The notes beneath the pieces are model-generated. The model saw only the letters and a program-made list of their open reading frames with translations, was not told the origin of the DNA and did not search any database. The position numbers and the translations under genes were made by a program. This document shows, in pieces, positions 63,570 to 64,000 of a stretch of DNA of 64,000 nt (its first letter is position 1; each line of letters begins with the position of its first letter). Origin of the DNA: an uncultured Phycisphaerales bacterium (GTDB taxonomy: Bacteria > Planctomycetota > Phycisphaerae > Tepidisphaerales > Tepidisphaeraceae). Where the stretch lies: the NCBI GenBank assembly GCA_963755915.1, contig CAVWLP010000003.1, positions 1,248,001 to 1,312,000 of the forward strand, written 5' to 3'.

Positions 63570-64000
63570 AAAGGCCTCCAATAAAAGTTCTGAAGAGATG
63601 GCGAGGCAATCCAAATGCCAGAGCCCTATGAGGCCGGTTTAGGGAAGTTCGGGAGATGCGGCGCGTGTCTTTTTGTCGGCTTTGGGCGGAAATGTCGGTA
63701 CAGGTGTAAAAACGTCGGATGAATTTAGCTAATTGAATCCGTTCAAAACGCGCGAACCGCCTTTTCGGATCAAGCAATTATTTGATACTCGCTCGCGCAA
63801 TTCTTGCACTAACACCCTCCCATATGTCTTTTTTGGTTAAAAAATTGCACGAAGATGAAAATAGAATTAAATTGATAACTGGCCTATCTGGCAATTTAGT
63901 CCGATGTACTTATGTGCAACATTGGGCGCAAAACATCCAGTCGTGGGAACCCATTTGGGGCGGGTTATGACATTCAGCAGCGTTTCGCGTGACGTCAAAT

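Noticed and set aside
63700-64000. AT-rich tail as a replication origin or a coding region (ORF 63782-63970)
   Set aside because: No DnaA-box cluster or convincing protein features; more likely a regulatory region for a gene beyond the window.

Overview
This is GC-rich bacterial chromosomal DNA. It is most likely from Planctomycetota, class Phycisphaerae (inferred from LEPR-XLL N-termini, PEP-CTERM proteins, planctomycete dockerin-like modules and a giant PQQ/TPR protein). About 18 single-base frameshifts hit otherwise intact genes, including lysA and gnd, so I read them as long-read indel errors rather than pseudogenes. The window holds secreted surface proteins, a two-partner secretion pair, system II cytochrome c and heme biosynthesis genes, housekeeping genes (mtnP, tadA, purU, purM-like, lysA, folE, apt), a tandem TPR-methyltransferase pair, a LexA/CI-like repressor and a sugar-acid gene cluster. 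I found no rRNA, tRNA, CRISPR array, transposase or integrase. The main findings are: (1) a uxaE / PfkB kinase / D-2-hydroxyacid dehydrogenase / gnd / Ldh_2 / SDR cluster that could route hexuronates to 6-phosphogluconate by redox C2-epimerisation, bypassing KDG; (2) an apparently non-cleavable S24 repressor with an AT-rich candidate operator shared with a promoter 33 kb away; (3) a 24-bp micro-module nested inside two different REP-like hairpin families, seen as both filled and empty sites; (4) a tandem duplication whose junction can be read from the sequence; (5) a TpsA adhesin with an EPN/WND C-type lectin domain. All functional proposals are inferences from motifs and gene context; no database searches were run.
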